From: an uncultured Candidatus Saccharibacteria bacterium | GTDB taxonomy: Bacteria > Patescibacteriota > Dojkabacteria > J137 | Assembly: GCA_965230975.1 (NCBI GenBank) | Contig: OZ246402.1 | Coordinates: 928,859 to 992,858 of the forward strand | DNA length: 64,000 bases | Reading direction: 5' to 3' | Part shown: positions 20,376-31,389 of the stretch, piece after piece | Layout: each line of letters begins with the position of its first letter | Position numbering within the stretch: the first letter of the stretch is position 1 | The notes under the pieces: generated by a model | Told to the model about the DNA's origin: nothing | What the model saw: only the letters and a program-made list of their open reading frames with translations | The model's database searches: none | Position numbers and translations under genes: made by a program

Positions 20376-22616
20376 ATGGATTTTAAAAAAGGCAATTGGC
20401 AAGAAGAAATTGATGTACGGGACTTTATTCAAAAAAACTACACAGCATATAGTGGAGATGAAAGCTTTTTGGCTGGAGCAACAGAAAGAACAAGAGATTT
20501 GTGGGATAAAACTTCAGAACTAATCAAAAAGGAACTTGAAAAAGGAATTTTAGATTTAGATGTAAACACACCATCAACAATTGTAAGCCATAAGGCTGGT
20601 TATATAGATCAAGAAAAAGAGATTATTGTAGGACTTCAGACAGATGCCCCTTTAAAAAGAGCTATTAAGCCTTTTGGAGGAATTAAATTGGTAGAAGCAG
20701 CAGCAAAGGAATATGGATATCAAATCCCGCAAGAAGTTTCGGACATATTTATTAAATACAGAAAAACACATAATGATGGAGTTTTTAGTGCATACAATTG
20801 TGATCAAAGATTATTAAGAAGCAAACATGTTATTACTGGTTTACCAGATAATTATGGTAGAGGAAGAATAATCGGAGATTACAGAAGAGTAGCACTTTAT
20901 GGAGTAGATCAATTGATTCAAGACAAGCAAAAGTACCTAAGCGACATGGATGGAGAAATGACAGAAGAGACAGTAAGAAAAAGAGAAGAGGTATCTACAC
21001 AAATAGAGTCATTAACTAAACTTAAAGAGATGGCACAAATGTACGGTTTTGATATTTCTAAACCAGCAGTTGATTCTAAAGAGGCTATTCAATGGATTTA
21101 CTTTGCTTACCTTGCATCTGTAAAAGAACAAGATGGAGCAGCAATGTCTTTGGGTAGAATTGATGCATTTTTAGATATCTATTTTGAACAAGATTTAGCA
21201 TCTAAAAAGTATACAGAAGAGCAATTACAAGAGATGGTAGATGACTTTGTAATAAAGTTAAGAATAGTAAGACACTTAAGACCAAAACTATATAATGACT
21301 TATACGCTGGAGACCCAACATGGATAACTATGGTACTTGGTGGAACAGACTTAGATGGTAATAATTTAGTAACAAAAACCTCTTTTAGATTTTTGCATAC
21401 ACTTACAAATTTAGGCCCAGCACCAGAACCAAACTTAACAGTATTGTGGGGAAAAGAATTACCACAATCTTGGAAAGATTATTGTGCAAAACAATCAATT
21501 ACATCAAGCTCTATTCAATACGAAAACGATGACTTAATGAAACCATATTACGGAGACGACTATGCAATAGCATGTTGTGTTTCTGGAATGGAAGTAGGTA
21601 AAGCAATGCAATTTTTTGGAGCCAGGTGTAACTTAGCAAAAGTCTTATTACTAACAATCAATGGTGGCAAAGAAGAACCTCTTACACACAAAGAAGGACA
21701 CAAAGGTGGAGACGTTATTGTCCCAAATAAAGATGCCTTAAACTCTAATGAATATTTAGATTATGATGAGCTTTACCCAAGGTTCTTAGAGATGATGGAT
21801 TGGTTAGCAGAAAGATATGTAAACACAATGAATATAATTCATTACATGCACGATAAATACAACTACGAAGGAGTTCAAATGGCATTACATGATGTAGATG
21901 TAAAAAGATATATGGCATTTGGCATTGCAGGATTATCTGTAGTTGCAGATTCTTTAAGTGCAATTAAATATGCAAAAGTAAAACCAATTTGGAACGAAAA
22001 TGGAGTTGCTGAAAGTTATGAAATCAAAGGTGATTATCCTAAGTACGGAAACGATGATAACAGAGTAGATGACATAGCTGTTGACCTTGTTAAGCACTTT
22101 GCAACATGTTTAAGAAAATACAAAACATATAGAAATGCAATTCATACATTGTCAGTATTAACAATTACTTTCAATGTATTCTACGGAGACGGAACTGGTT
22201 CTACACCAGACGGTAGACTTTCTGGAGTAGCATTTGCACCTGGTGCAAACCCAATGCACGGTAGAGATGAAAATGGAGCATTAGCATCTTTAAATACAGT
22301 TGCTAAACTACCTTACAGTTATTGTCAGGACGGAATTTCAAACACATTCTCAATTGTTCCAACCTCTTTAGGTAAGTCAGAAGATGAACAAACAGACAAC
22401 TTGGTTCAATTAATGGATGGATACTTTGTAGGAAAAGGAGCTCACCATTTAAACGTAAATGTTTTAGATAAAGAAACATTATTAGATGCTCAAGCTCATC
22501 CAGAAAAATACCCACAATTAACAATTAGAGTTAGTGGATATGCAGTGTTATTTAATAGATTAAGCAAACATCAACAAGACGAAGTGATTGCAAGAACATT
22601 CCATGAACGAATCTAA
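20376..22616 (+). CDS. pflB: pyruvate formate-lyase (glycyl radical enzyme)
   Basis: Length 746 aa. Active-site Cys pair (AIACCVSGM) and C-terminal glycyl-radical motif RVSGYAV are present. Confidence 0.95.
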   Translation: MDFKKGNWQEEIDVRDFIQKNYTAYSGDESFLAGATERTRDLWDKTSELIKKELEKGILDLDVNTPSTIVSHKAGYIDQEKEIIVGLQTDAPLKRAIKPFGGIKLVEAAAKEYGYQIPQEVSDIFIKYRKTHNDGVFSAYNCDQRLLRSKHVITGLPDNYGRGRIIGDYRRVALYGVDQLIQDKQKYLSDMDGEMTEETVRKREEVSTQIESLTKLKEMAQMYGFDISKPAVDSKEAIQWIYFAYLASVKEQDGAAMSLGRIDAFLDIYFEQDLASKKYTEEQLQEMVDDFVIKLRIVRHLRPKLYNDLYAGDPTWITMVLGGTDLDGNNLVTKTSFRFLHTLTNLGPAPEPNLTVLWGKELPQSWKDYCAKQSITSSSIQYENDDLMKPYYGDDYAIACCVSGMEVGKAMQFFGARCNLAKVLLLTINGGKEEPLTHKEGHKGGDVIVPNKDALNSNEYLDYDELYPRFLEMMDWLAERYVNTMNIIHYMHDKYNYEGVQMALHDVDVKRYMAFGIAGLSVVADSLSAIKYAKVKPIWNENGVAESYEIKGDYPKYGNDDNRVDDIAVDLVKHFATCLRKYKTYRNAIHTLSVLTITFNVFYGDGTGSTPDGRLSGVAFAPGANPMHGRDENGALASLNTVAKLPYSYCQDGISNTFSIVPTSLGKSEDEQTDNLVQLMDGYFVGKGAHHLNVNVLDKETLLDAQAHPEKYPQLTIRVSGYAVLFNRLSKHQQDEVIARTFHERI

Positions 22617-23427
22617 CTCAACATCTGAAATTAAAGGCCGGGTCCATTCAATCCAATCTTTTGGAACGGTGGATGGACCCGGCCTTAGAACTGTAATCTT
22701 CTTTCAAGGTTGCCCACTAAAGTGCAAATATTGCCACAATATTGATATGGGAGAGAGAAATTTAGGTAAAGAATACACTGTAGAACAACTTTCTAAAGAG
22801 GTTTTGAAATATAGAGAGTATTGGGAAGGAAGTTCAAAAACTAAGGACGAGATGAAATCTGAGTCAGAAAGTGGAACAGACAAAGTAAAAGGTGGAGTTA
22901 CTTTTAGTGGCGGAGAACCAACCTACCAATCTGACTTTGTTGCACAACTTGCAGCAAAACTGAAATCGGAAGGAGTTCATACAACAATAGATACCTGTTT
23001 TGGAACTGCAAAATCTGTTGTAGATAAGCTGTATCCTCACATAGATTACTGGATGGTTTCTATAAAACACTTGTTAAAAGAGGAGCATCATAAACTAACT
23101 GGTGTTTTAAATACTCATATATTAGAAAACATTCAACACTTAGATGCCCGATTGGCAGAAAGTAATGAAAAACGATTAAGGATCAGATTTTTAGTAATCC
23201 CAGGAATTACAGATTCAGAAGATCATATAAAAATGCTTGCAGAATATTTATCTAAACTAAAAAGCCTTGATATTGCAGAAATCTTACCCTATGGCACACA
23301 TGGTAAATATAAGTGGCTTGAAATATATGGCAAGTACGAACTTGAAGGAATTCCAGATGCCACAAAAGAAGATGTAGAAAAGGTAAAAGCTGTACTAAAA
23401 GAATATGGAATAAAAACAATGGGGTAA
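22603..23427 (+). CDS. pflA: pyruvate formate-lyase activating enzyme (radical SAM)
   Basis: [10 protein letters not shown] radical-SAM CxxxCxxC motif and N-terminal GTVDGPGLR. The track start is TTG 22588; ATG 22603 overlaps the pflB 3' end by 14 nt. Confidence 0.9.
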   Translation: MNESNSTSEIKGRVHSIQSFGTVDGPGLRTVIFFQGCPLKCKYCHNIDMGERNLGKEYTVEQLSKEVLKYREYWEGSSKTKDEMKSESESGTDKVKGGVTFSGGEPTYQSDFVAQLAAKLKSEGVHTTIDTCFGTAKSVVDKLYPHIDYWMVSIKHLLKEEHHKLTGVLNTHILENIQHLDARLAESNEKRLRIRFLVIPGITDSEDHIKMLAEYLSKLKSLDIAEILPYGTHGKYKWLEIYGKYELEGIPDATKEDVEKVKAVLKEYGIKTMG

Positions 23428-23607
23428 AGTTACCACACAAATTGTTTTCTTAAGATTTTGTAGTAGTAGCATATTGGTTCGTTTATATGAGAGAATCAAA
23501 AAGTGCTCATAAGTAAATTAATTAAGAAATTGTATATTTAAGGATATTACTGTAAAACAATATAACTATATAACGGTAAAACTATTTAAATTATTACTTT
23601 AAAGTTT

Positions 23608-25743
23608 ATGTCAGACTTAGATTTTTTATTCAAGCCAAAATCAGTTGCCATTGTTGGCGTTTCAGAAGATCCTATAAAACTAGGTTCTGTATTAATGTCC
23701 AATTTAATAAAAGCAGGCTACGAAGGTGAAATTTACCCTGTAAATCCTAAATATCAAGAATTAATGGGATTAAAAGTATATCCATCAATTGCTTCCATTC
23801 CAACAGATGTAGATTTAGTTTGCGTCGTTGTTCCTCCACAATTTGTAAAAGGAATTTTAGAAGAATCAGGTACAAAAAATGTTAAGGGAGCTGTAATTAT
23901 TACTGCAGGGTTTAAAGAAGTTGGAGACGAAGGTATTAAATTAGAAAACGAGATTCAAGAGGTTGCTACAAAAAATAATATTAGAATACTTGGTCCAAAC
24001 TGCTTGGGTGCAATTATCCCTGGTTCTAAAGTTAACGTATCTTTTGCTGCATCAAAGCCAAAAGATGGAAACATAGCATTTCTTTCTCAATCTGGAGCAT
24101 TCTGTACAGCTATTTTAGACATGTCTTTAGAAAAGAACTTAGGATTTTCTCATTTTATCTCTTTTGGAAACAAAGCAGATATTAACGAAAACGACCTAAT
24201 TGAAAACTGGATTGCAGATGATTCAGTTAAAGTTATTGGTGGTTACATAGAAGAAATTAGCGCAGGACACAAATTAACAGAGATGTATACAGCTTCTAAA
24301 GCTAAAAAACCATTAATTATTTTGAAACCTGGTGAAAGTCAAGAAGCTCAAAAAGCTATCTCTTCACACACTGGTTCAATGGCTGGTTCAATTCAAACAT
24401 TCAAAACTGCAATGGAGCAATCTGGAATTGTTGTTGCAACCGAAGTTAATCAAATGTTTAACATGATGATGTCATTTTCATGGTCAGTTTTACCAAAGGG
24501 AAATAGAGTAGCGATAATCACAAATGCAGGAGGTCCTGGAATTATCGCTACAGATGCAATTATGAATCATGGCTTAAAAATGGCAGAAATTTCAGAAGAG
24601 ACAAAAGCAAAAATAAAACCATTCTTGCCAGTAACTGCAAGTTTACACAATCCTGTAGACGTTATTGGAGACGCATTAGCAGAAAGATTTAAAGCCCCTA
24701 TTGATGTTTTAATAGAAGATGAGAATGTAGATGCAATATTAATTATTTTGACACCTCAACTTGTAACTCAAGTAGAAGATACTGCAAAATTAATAATTAA
24801 TAGTGCAAAAATTAGCAAAAAACCTATTTACCCAGTGTTCTTGGGTGGTAAATACGTTTCTTTTGGTTTACAAAGACTTTACGATGAAAACATTCCTGCA
24901 TTTAGGTACATTAAAGATGCTGTAGATGTAATAGAGGCTATGTATAAATATAGCAACTATCTTTCACAAAATTTTGAAGCATTACATACAGCAAAGCAAG
25001 AAACAATGAAACTTGTTTCTACAGGTAAGTATAAAGCCGAAGTTGAAGCTTGCACAACAAAAGAAACTACAGCCCTACCTGAAAAATTAGTAGCAATGTT
25101 GGCAGAAGAAGCTGGGATAGAATTACCAAAGCAGGTAGTTAGTACATCTTTAGAACAAGGCTTAGAATTTGCAAAACCTATTTTCCCAGTTGTATTAAAA
25201 GCAACAACAGATGTGATTGCCCATAAAACCGAAAAGAAGGCTTTGTATTTAAACATTGCTAGTGATGAAGATTTTAGAGCTGCTTATACAGAACTTGAAA
25301 CTATGATTAGAACAGAGTTTAATGTTGCAACTCCAACAATTTTAATTCAAGAACAAATTAAAGCAGAAGAGGAGATCTTTATTGGAGCTAATAGAGATGG
25401 TGGTAGTAACGTTTACGAAAAAGATATGCCTGGTTTTGGTCACTTAATTGCATTTGGAAAAGGTGGAATTTATACAGAAGTATATAAAGATATTAATTAT
25501 GCTTTAGTGCCTGCAACTAGAGAAACTATGCTAACAAATCTTAAAAAAACTAAGATTATGAAGATTGTTGAAGGCGCAAGAGGAAAAGGTCCATTAGCTT
25601 TAGAAAAGCTATTAGATGTAATAGAAGCTGTTCAAAAGATGGTATTAATGTACCCTGAAATTGAGAGTTTGGATATAAACCCAATACTACTAACTCAAAC
25701 AAGAGCTGTAACAGTAGATTTAAAGATCTTTTTAAAAAAATAA
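23608..25743 (+). CDS. acd: ADP-forming acetyl-CoA synthetase (NDP-forming acyl-CoA synthetase, fused alpha-beta)
   Basis: Length 711 aa. N-terminal CoA-binding domain (KSVAIVGVS...G), a succinyl-CoA-synthetase-like SHTGSMAGS His loop, and a C-terminal ATP-grasp beta domain. Confidence 0.85.
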   Translation: MSDLDFLFKPKSVAIVGVSEDPIKLGSVLMSNLIKAGYEGEIYPVNPKYQELMGLKVYPSIASIPTDVDLVCVVVPPQFVKGILEESGTKNVKGAVIITAGFKEVGDEGIKLENEIQEVATKNNIRILGPNCLGAIIPGSKVNVSFAASKPKDGNIAFLSQSGAFCTAILDMSLEKNLGFSHFISFGNKADINENDLIENWIADDSVKVIGGYIEEISAGHKLTEMYTASKAKKPLIILKPGESQEAQKAISSHTGSMAGSIQTFKTAMEQSGIVVATEVNQMFNMMMSFSWSVLPKGNRVAIITNAGGPGIIATDAIMNHGLKMAEISEETKAKIKPFLPVTASLHNPVDVIGDALAERFKAPIDVLIEDENVDAILIILTPQLVTQVEDTAKLIINSAKISKKPIYPVFLGGKYVSFGLQRLYDENIPAFRYIKDAVDVIEAMYKYSNYLSQNFEALHTAKQETMKLVSTGKYKAEVEACTTKETTALPEKLVAMLAEEAGIELPKQVVSTSLEQGLEFAKPIFPVVLKATTDVIAHKTEKKALYLNIASDEDFRAAYTELETMIRTEFNVATPTILIQEQIKAEEEIFIGANRDGGSNVYEKDMPGFGHLIAFGKGGIYTEVYKDINYALVPATRETMLTNLKKTKIMKIVEGARGKGPLALEKLLDVIEAVQKMVLMYPEIESLDINPILLTQTRAVTVDLKIFLKK

Positions 25744-25764
25744 AGATTATAAAAACTTATTAAA

Positions 25765-25799
25765 GGGGCCCCGACGTTGTCGGGGCCCCTTGTTTGTTA
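25765..25799. terminator. bidirectional intrinsic terminator
   Basis: GGGGCCCCGAC-GTTG-TCGGGGCCCC hairpin followed by TTGTTTGTT, between convergent acd and ldh. Confidence 0.75.
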
Positions 25800-25828
25800 A
25801 TTCGAATTGATTTTAAAATTTTTAATCT

Positions 25829-26764
25829 TTAACTAGCGCTCTCTAAACTTTTAATATTCTTCTTTAAAACATCTACCGAGTGAGTAAACATAGCTTTTTC
25901 CCTATTACTTAAAGTCATCTCTTTAAAAATCTTTACGCCACTTGATCCGATTCTAACCGGTACACTAATTGCAACATCTTTATGCCCGTACTCACCATCT
26001 AGTAATGTACAAAGTGGCATTATTCTATTTTCATCTTTTAAAATTGCTTCTACAATTCTAGTTACCGCAGAACCAATTCCGTAATACGTTGCTTGTTTAC
26101 CCTTGATTATTTCATACGCTTTATCTCTCACTTCTTCGGTTATTTTAGAATAAGTTTGATCGTTAATCTCAATAAAATTTGATAGTGGAATACTAGATAC
26201 GCTTGCAGTACTTAAAGATGGGAATGATGTATCTCCATGTTCACCCAAAACATGTGCGTGAGTAGATGTAGTTCCAATACCCAGTTTTCTAGCTAAAACA
26301 ACTCTTAGTCTTGCACTATCTAAAAATGTTCCACTTCCAAATACCTGATTTGTTGGCAATCCTGATTCTTTTATTGCGATATAGGTTAGTACATCTACAG
26401 GGTTTGTAACCATTAATATAAATACATTTTTTTCTGTCTCTTTTATTTTATCTAAAACGCTTCTTATAATTTTTGCATTAATTTTTAATAAATCTAATCT
26501 TGTTTGTCCTGGTTTTTGTGCAGCTCCACAAGTAATTACTACAATATCGCCATCTTCTAAATCGCAATAATCACCTTTTCTAACTGTAATTCCTTTTGTA
26601 AAATTGCAAGAATCTTGCATATCTAAAACTTGTGCATTTACTAAATCATCTGCAATATCAATCATTAAGATTTCTTTAGAAAGTTCATTTGAAATTAAAC
26701 AATAGGCAATAGAAGAGCCTACATTTCCTGCACCCACAATAACAACTCGGTTAGACGGTCTCAT
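25829..26764 (-). CDS. ldh: L-lactate dehydrogenase
   Basis: VVIVGAGNVG Rossmann motif, substrate-specificity Gln in GAAQKPGQTRLDL (an MDH would carry Arg), and catalytic His in LGEHGDT. The track ORF extends to 26887; the first ATG is at 26764. Confidence 0.85.
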   Translation of the reverse strand: MRPSNRVVIVGAGNVGSSIAYCLISNELSKEILMIDIADDLVNAQVLDMQDSCNFTKGITVRKGDYCDLEDGDIVVITCGAAQKPGQTRLDLLKINAKIIRSVLDKIKETEKNVFILMVTNPVDVLTYIAIKESGLPTNQVFGSGTFLDSARLRVVLARKLGIGTTSTHAHVLGEHGDTSFPSLSTASVSSIPLSNFIEINDQTYSKITEEVRDKAYEIIKGKQATYYGIGSAVTRIVEAILKDENRIMPLCTLLDGEYGHKDVAISVPVRIGSSGVKIFKEMTLSNREKAMFTHSVDVLKKNIKSLESAS

Positions 26765-26844
26765 AAATATAAAAATTAGTAATTTAAACACGTAATTGTA
26801 TATCTCATTATGAGTAAATGCAATAGCTATGTTATCATCGCAAA

Positions 26845-27492
26845 ATGACGAAAAATTTAAACGTAATCTACGGTCATCAATCCACATTTGTGGATAGGTA
26901 CAACGAACAACTCCTGCGGTTTATTCATTGTGGTTTAATTGCTTTGGAAAAAAATCAGACTATACTTGATGCAGGTTCTTATACTGGACATGCGGCTCAA
27001 GGACTTTTAAATCACTGGTCAGATCTACAACTACAAGTTACATGTTTAGATGTTAATTTTGGACCAGATAAAGTTGATGATTCCAGAATTAAATTTGTAT
27101 GTGGAGATTATTCAAATCTACCAAAAGATATTGGGAAATTTGACATAATACTTAGTGCAAATACTTTATCTTACGAACACTATGAACAGGAAATTTTTGA
27201 CTCTGATCAATCAATTGTTGATAGACTCAGTTCACTAATAGGAGCTTTAGCTCCCAATGGTAAGCTTATTATAATGACGGAGTTTAAAGATGCACCCACC
27301 TTAGTAATAAGTAAAGATGAAAGTGGGAATTTAATTCCGATGGATAAATCAGCTTACAGAAAATATTTAAGGGGCATGTATTTTGAGTATGACTCTGGAG
27401 ATGTTTTTTTTGGGAATAAAAAGGCGTTAGAAGATTTTGCTATTGCTCAACATATTTGTGAAGTTTTTAATAGAATTCATAGCGAGTCATAA
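26845..27492 (+). CDS. hypothetical protein (215 aa), possible class I SAM-dependent methyltransferase
   Basis: ILDAGSYTGHAA resembles MTase motif I, and VCGDYSNLP resembles a motif II/post-I region. Weak. Confidence 0.4.
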   Translation: MTKNLNVIYGHQSTFVDRYNEQLLRFIHCGLIALEKNQTILDAGSYTGHAAQGLLNHWSDLQLQVTCLDVNFGPDKVDDSRIKFVCGDYSNLPKDIGKFDIILSANTLSYEHYEQEIFDSDQSIVDRLSSLIGALAPNGKLIIMTEFKDAPTLVISKDESGNLIPMDKSAYRKYLRGMYFEYDSGDVFFGNKKALEDFAIAQHICEVFNRIHSES

Positions 27493-27494
27493 AC

Positions 27495-28253
27495 ATGGAT
27501 AGATTTGAAAAAGATCAATTAAAAATCGAAATTAGGCTAGATTTAGAGAAAGAGTTAGAACAAATAACTGCTAAATTTATTTCAGATGAGACTGAACGGA
27601 TTAAAAGAGGTATTAAGCCATGGGATAAATGGAGCAGTGACTACGATTTTATTATGGAGGAATTAATTGGAAATAGTGTTCTAGTCTATTTAATAGAGAG
27701 GTTTGGGTTAAACCCATTAAATGCTTTAGAGCTGTTTGGATTTGGTAATATTCATTTAAGTTTACCTGATAGGTCAAGAGTTATTGCGATAGGTACAAAT
27801 AACTATTTAAATTTGCCTACTGCGAAAGATATAGAATCACTTTACACTTTTATACAAGCTGATTTTTATAATCCAAATACAATAATTCAAACCGAAGAAG
27901 TAATTAAGGCAAAAGGAATTGAAGATATTGATGCATTATTTTGTATTCCGCGCGGGCCATTTGGGTTGGTTTTTGAAAGATTAATGGAAAAATATAAAAA
28001 TAATCAAGAGATTGTTTTTAAAGTAATTGGAATATATTTCTTAGAAAAACTTGAAGAGTATATAAAGTTATTATCTCCAATTGGAGTAGCTTTTATTCAA
28101 ATACCCATATATTTTGCTTGGTTTAACTCCTCGTTTGTAAGATATTTAGTAAGAAGGTTAAAACATTTGGGTTTTAATTTAGAACTCACTAGAAATAGAA
28201 AATACGCCCTAATTACTAGGGCATATTTAGAAAAATCTATTAATGAAGCTTAA
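27495..28253 (+). CDS. hypothetical protein (252 aa)
   Basis: ORF starts 3 nt after the preceding stop. No motif recognised. Confidence 0.45.
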   Translation: MDRFEKDQLKIEIRLDLEKELEQITAKFISDETERIKRGIKPWDKWSSDYDFIMEELIGNSVLVYLIERFGLNPLNALELFGFGNIHLSLPDRSRVIAIGTNNYLNLPTAKDIESLYTFIQADFYNPNTIIQTEEVIKAKGIEDIDALFCIPRGPFGLVFERLMEKYKNNQEIVFKVIGIYFLEKLEEYIKLLSPIGVAFIQIPIYFAWFNSSFVRYLVRRLKHLGFNLELTRNRKYALITRAYLEKSINEA

Positions 28254-28254
28254 A

Positions 28255-29325
28255 TTACGCAATTGTAACTTCGGGGCAAAGGTAAACATCTTGAACAGCA
28301 TTTAACAATTTAACACCTTCTTCAAATGGTTTTTGAAATGCTTTTCTACCTAAGATTAAGCCACTTCCACCAGCTCTTTTATTAATAACAGCAGTTTCGA
28401 TTGCTTCTTGTAAATCATTATTTCCACTTGCTCCACCAGAACTAATCAAAGGAATCTTGCCCAAATAGCCATTAGCAACTTGATACTTTGTTAAATCAAT
28501 AGGATGGTCTGTAGAAAGTTCTGTATACATTCTCTCGTCTAATTTACCGTAACTAGAATCACCAGTGTTTAAAGCTTTATAACCTCCATTTAGAGTTGGT
28601 AATTTTTGCTTAACAATATCCGCCTCAATTGTTACGCCAAGATGATTTGCTTGACCAGAAAGATCTGCAGATGTGTGGTAATCAACTCCATCTTTTTTAA
28701 ATGCACCATTTCTTGTATAGCACCAAAGAATAGTGAACATTCCTAATTCGTGTGCCAAAGCGAAAGCTTGGGACACTTCTTGAAGTTGTCTTGTTGACTC
28801 AGGAGATCCAAAGTAAATTGTGGCTCCTACTCCACGGGCCCCCATGTTAAACGCTTGTTTTACAGATGCAAACATTACTTGATCTGCTTTGTTAGGATAA
28901 GTTAAAAGTTCGTTGTGATTAATTTTTACAACAAAAGGTAATTTGTCTGCATATTTTTTACTTACCAAACCCAAAACACCTAAAGTAGAAGCAACACCAC
29001 TGCAACCTGCTTCTAGAGCAAGTTTTACAATGTTTTCTGGGTCAAAGTACATTGGGTTTTTAGCAAAACTTGCACCAGCAGAATGTTCAATTCCTTGATC
29101 TACTGGGAAAATTGATAAATAACCTGAGTTTGATAGTCTTCCTGCACCGTAAAGTGCTTTTAAATTTTCTTGAACCTTTTCACTTCTATCAGAAAAGTGC
29201 ATAACTTCATCTACCCAATTTGCATTTGGTTTGTAAAATTCTTGCCCTGCAAAAGTAGGGGATTTATAATCTAGCAAAAATGCTGCCTTGTCTGCAAGAA
29301 CAGATTGGATTTCTGCGTATGTCAT
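28255..29325 (-). CDS. fbaB: fructose-bisphosphate aldolase, class I (DhnA/FbaB archaeal-type)
   Basis: Length 356 aa. The N-terminal region ([15 protein letters not shown]) resembles E. coli FbaB/DhnA-family aldolases (recalled from memory). Confidence 0.8.
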   Translation of the reverse strand: MTYAEIQSVLADKAAFLLDYKSPTFAGQEFYKPNANWVDEVMHFSDRSEKVQENLKALYGAGRLSNSGYLSIFPVDQGIEHSAGASFAKNPMYFDPENIVKLALEAGCSGVASTLGVLGLVSKKYADKLPFVVKINHNELLTYPNKADQVMFASVKQAFNMGARGVGATIYFGSPESTRQLQEVSQAFALAHELGMFTILWCYTRNGAFKKDGVDYHTSADLSGQANHLGVTIEADIVKQKLPTLNGGYKALNTGDSSYGKLDERMYTELSTDHPIDLTKYQVANGYLGKIPLISSGGASGNNDLQEAIETAVINKRAGGSGLILGRKAFQKPFEEGVKLLNAVQDVYLCPEVTIA

Positions 29326-29509
29326 AGAATAGTTTTAAGTAATAAGTTATAAATTCATAGGACTATTGTCCTATGTTTTTTTGTAATAAGTACAAGCTTT
29401 CTAAAGAGTGTAACTTACACAAACAATAAGTTTTTAGATTTAAAATAAATCAATAAGTAAACTTTGAATAAATATAGTTTAGCATTAAAGCTTTAAGATT
29501 CTTATTAAA

Positions 29510-29905
29510 TTATGCCTCGCCTTGAAAATTTAAATCCAATTTCCAACAATTATTGTTTCTTACAAAGTCACTTATATAAGATTGGTCAATAATTCCAGAG
29601 CAAGAAGCTACAGTCTCAGAAAATAGAAACTTACATTGCATATCTCCTGACTGATTAATAAAAAAATTGGCAAAATAGGATCTGAGCCTTGGTTTAAGAA
29701 TTGTAATATAATCTTCTGTTATGAATAAATGGACTGTTATATAGCCAGTAATATCTACATTAACAAAAGCTGATGCTTTATCTAAAGGTATCAGATTTTC
29801 ATTTAACCATGCTTTGATTTCCTCTCTCAAAGTTGGAATTTCTTTTATAATATCTTGCCTTACTACTCTTGTTGCTAGCAAATTCATTTCCCCGCCAATA
29901 CCCAT
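29510..29905 (-). CDS. hypothetical protein (131 aa) between fba and tpi
   Basis: ORF with ATG start. No motif recognised. Confidence 0.4.
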   Translation of the reverse strand: MGIGGEMNLLATRVVRQDIIKEIPTLREEIKAWLNENLIPLDKASAFVNVDITGYITVHLFITEDYITILKPRLRSYFANFFINQSGDMQCKFLFSETVASCSGIIDQSYISDFVRNNNCWKLDLNFQGEA

Positions 29906-29929
29906 TTATTTAATATAAAAAATAAACCC

Positions 29930-30592
29930 TTATCCTAAAAATGGTGTTGCTAATTCTAATAACTTTGCACTTTTATCTTCTGCTTTAACATATGCAGATG
30001 CAAGTAAAACACCTTCTGCACCAAGCTTTAAAGAATTTGCAACATCTTCACCAGTAGAAACACCTGCCCCAATAATTGCCATGGTTTTGCCTTTAATAGT
30101 TTTAATAAATTCAGTAACAGCTTCTGGTCTTGTTGTAACAGAAATTCCAGATCCGATTAAATCTTTTGGTTCGTAAGCAATTGCAAATGGATTTGCTTCT
30201 AAAATTTTATTTGCCTCTGTAACATTCTCACAACAAACAACAAGTCTAATACCCTTAGCTTGAATGTCTTTTATGTCTTCTACAATTGTATCCATATTTT
30301 GCCTATTTTCGCTATGATTGTAAATTGCTAAATCTAGCCCTAAAGAAATTAGATTATCTGCAGGAATCCAACCGGTTGTACTACCAGCAGATTTACTGCT
30401 AACTGTTTGGGAAGCGATCTTTACTTTTGAGTATTTATTTTTTAAATCTGCCAAATAAATATTTGAAGGAGCAGCAACAACAAGTTCTGCTAACCTTGGA
30501 TTATTTTCAATTTCCGAATTTAAAGAATCAAAAATGTTGTATATATTAGAACCTGTGGATTCTGTATAAGTTTTTAAATTTAGAATAAGCAT
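29930..30592 (-). CDS. tpiA: triosephosphate isomerase, archaeal-type (short, about 220 aa)
   Basis: ILNLKTY (catalytic Lys), NHSENR (catalytic His), AYEPKDLIGSGISV (catalytic Glu) and GAGVSTGEDV...GVLLASA are present. These resemble Pyrococcus-type TIM from memory. The track start is TTG 30601; ATG is at 30592. Confidence 0.85.
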   Translation of the reverse strand: MLILNLKTYTESTGSNIYNIFDSLNSEIENNPRLAELVVAAPSNIYLADLKNKYSKVKIASQTVSSKSAGSTTGWIPADNLISLGLDLAIYNHSENRQNMDTIVEDIKDIQAKGIRLVVCCENVTEANKILEANPFAIAYEPKDLIGSGISVTTRPEAVTEFIKTIKGKTMAIIGAGVSTGEDVANSLKLGAEGVLLASAYVKAEDKSAKLLELATPFLG

Positions 30593-30733
30593 TTTAAACA
30601 ATTAAGATATAAATTAGAAAATATTAAATTTGTTATATAGATTATATACGCATACTACCCAATTACTCTAGCTCAAAAATGATTTTTCGAGTAAGATAGA
30701 AAAACAAAACACTTAAATTATTAAATTTTAATT

Positions 30734-31330
30734 ATGGCTAATTCAAAAACAATGATTGAAGATGAAGAAATATTACCTGAAGAAGAAGTGATTCAAGAAG
30801 GTGAAACTCTAGATGAAGAAGAGCTACCACCAGAAGATGAAAGCCTAGAAGAAGAAGCGATCTTGACATCTGAAGTTATTAATGACTCGGAGATACTAGA
30901 TACTGCAGGAGTATCAGAAGAAGATATTGGAATGTTAAGCGATGAAAATTTAGATAAAGTTGAGGAATATTTTAGGCTAAAGGGTGTTATGAGAACTTTG
31001 AGAAATGATTTAAAAGATCACAAGGCTCAAATGCCAGACAATCAAGAATTAGATAAACTTTCAAAAAAAGTTAAAGAGCTTAGAGAAAAAGTTAAAGATG
31101 ATGAAACAGTAAAAACTTTAACCGAAAAAATGCAAACAACAAAAGAAAGAGTAGAGCTGTTAAAAGAATTAATAAGAATAGAGCTTTTAGAAACAGCAAA
31201 AGAAGAGGTAAAAAGACATGGTAGAAAGTTAAAACTTGTACACATATTAAAAGAGATGAAAGACCAAGATGAAAACGCCGGCAAGAAAAAACCATTTAAA
31301 GGTGGTGGGAAATCTATTTTTAGGAATTAA
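30734..31330 (+). CDS. hypothetical acidic coiled-coil protein with basic C-terminal tail (198 aa)
   Basis: Acidic N-terminus (E/D-rich), heptad-like K/E-rich middle, and a C-terminal KKKPFKGGGK tail. Followed by a strong terminator. Confidence 0.45.
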   Translation: MANSKTMIEDEEILPEEEVIQEGETLDEEELPPEDESLEEEAILTSEVINDSEILDTAGVSEEDIGMLSDENLDKVEEYFRLKGVMRTLRNDLKDHKAQMPDNQELDKLSKKVKELREKVKDDETVKTLTEKMQTTKERVELLKELIRIELLETAKEEVKRHGRKLKLVHILKEMKDQDENAGKKKPFKGGGKSIFRN

Positions 31331-31342
31331 AACGTTTTACAA

Positions 31343-31372
31343 AGCGGGAAACTTTCAGTTTCCCGCTTTTTT
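31343..31372 (+). terminator. intrinsic terminator
   Basis: AGCGGGAAACT-TTCA-GTTTCCCGCT hairpin followed by TTTTTT. Confidence 0.75.
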
Positions 31373-31389
31373 AAAGCTTCTTTATAAAC

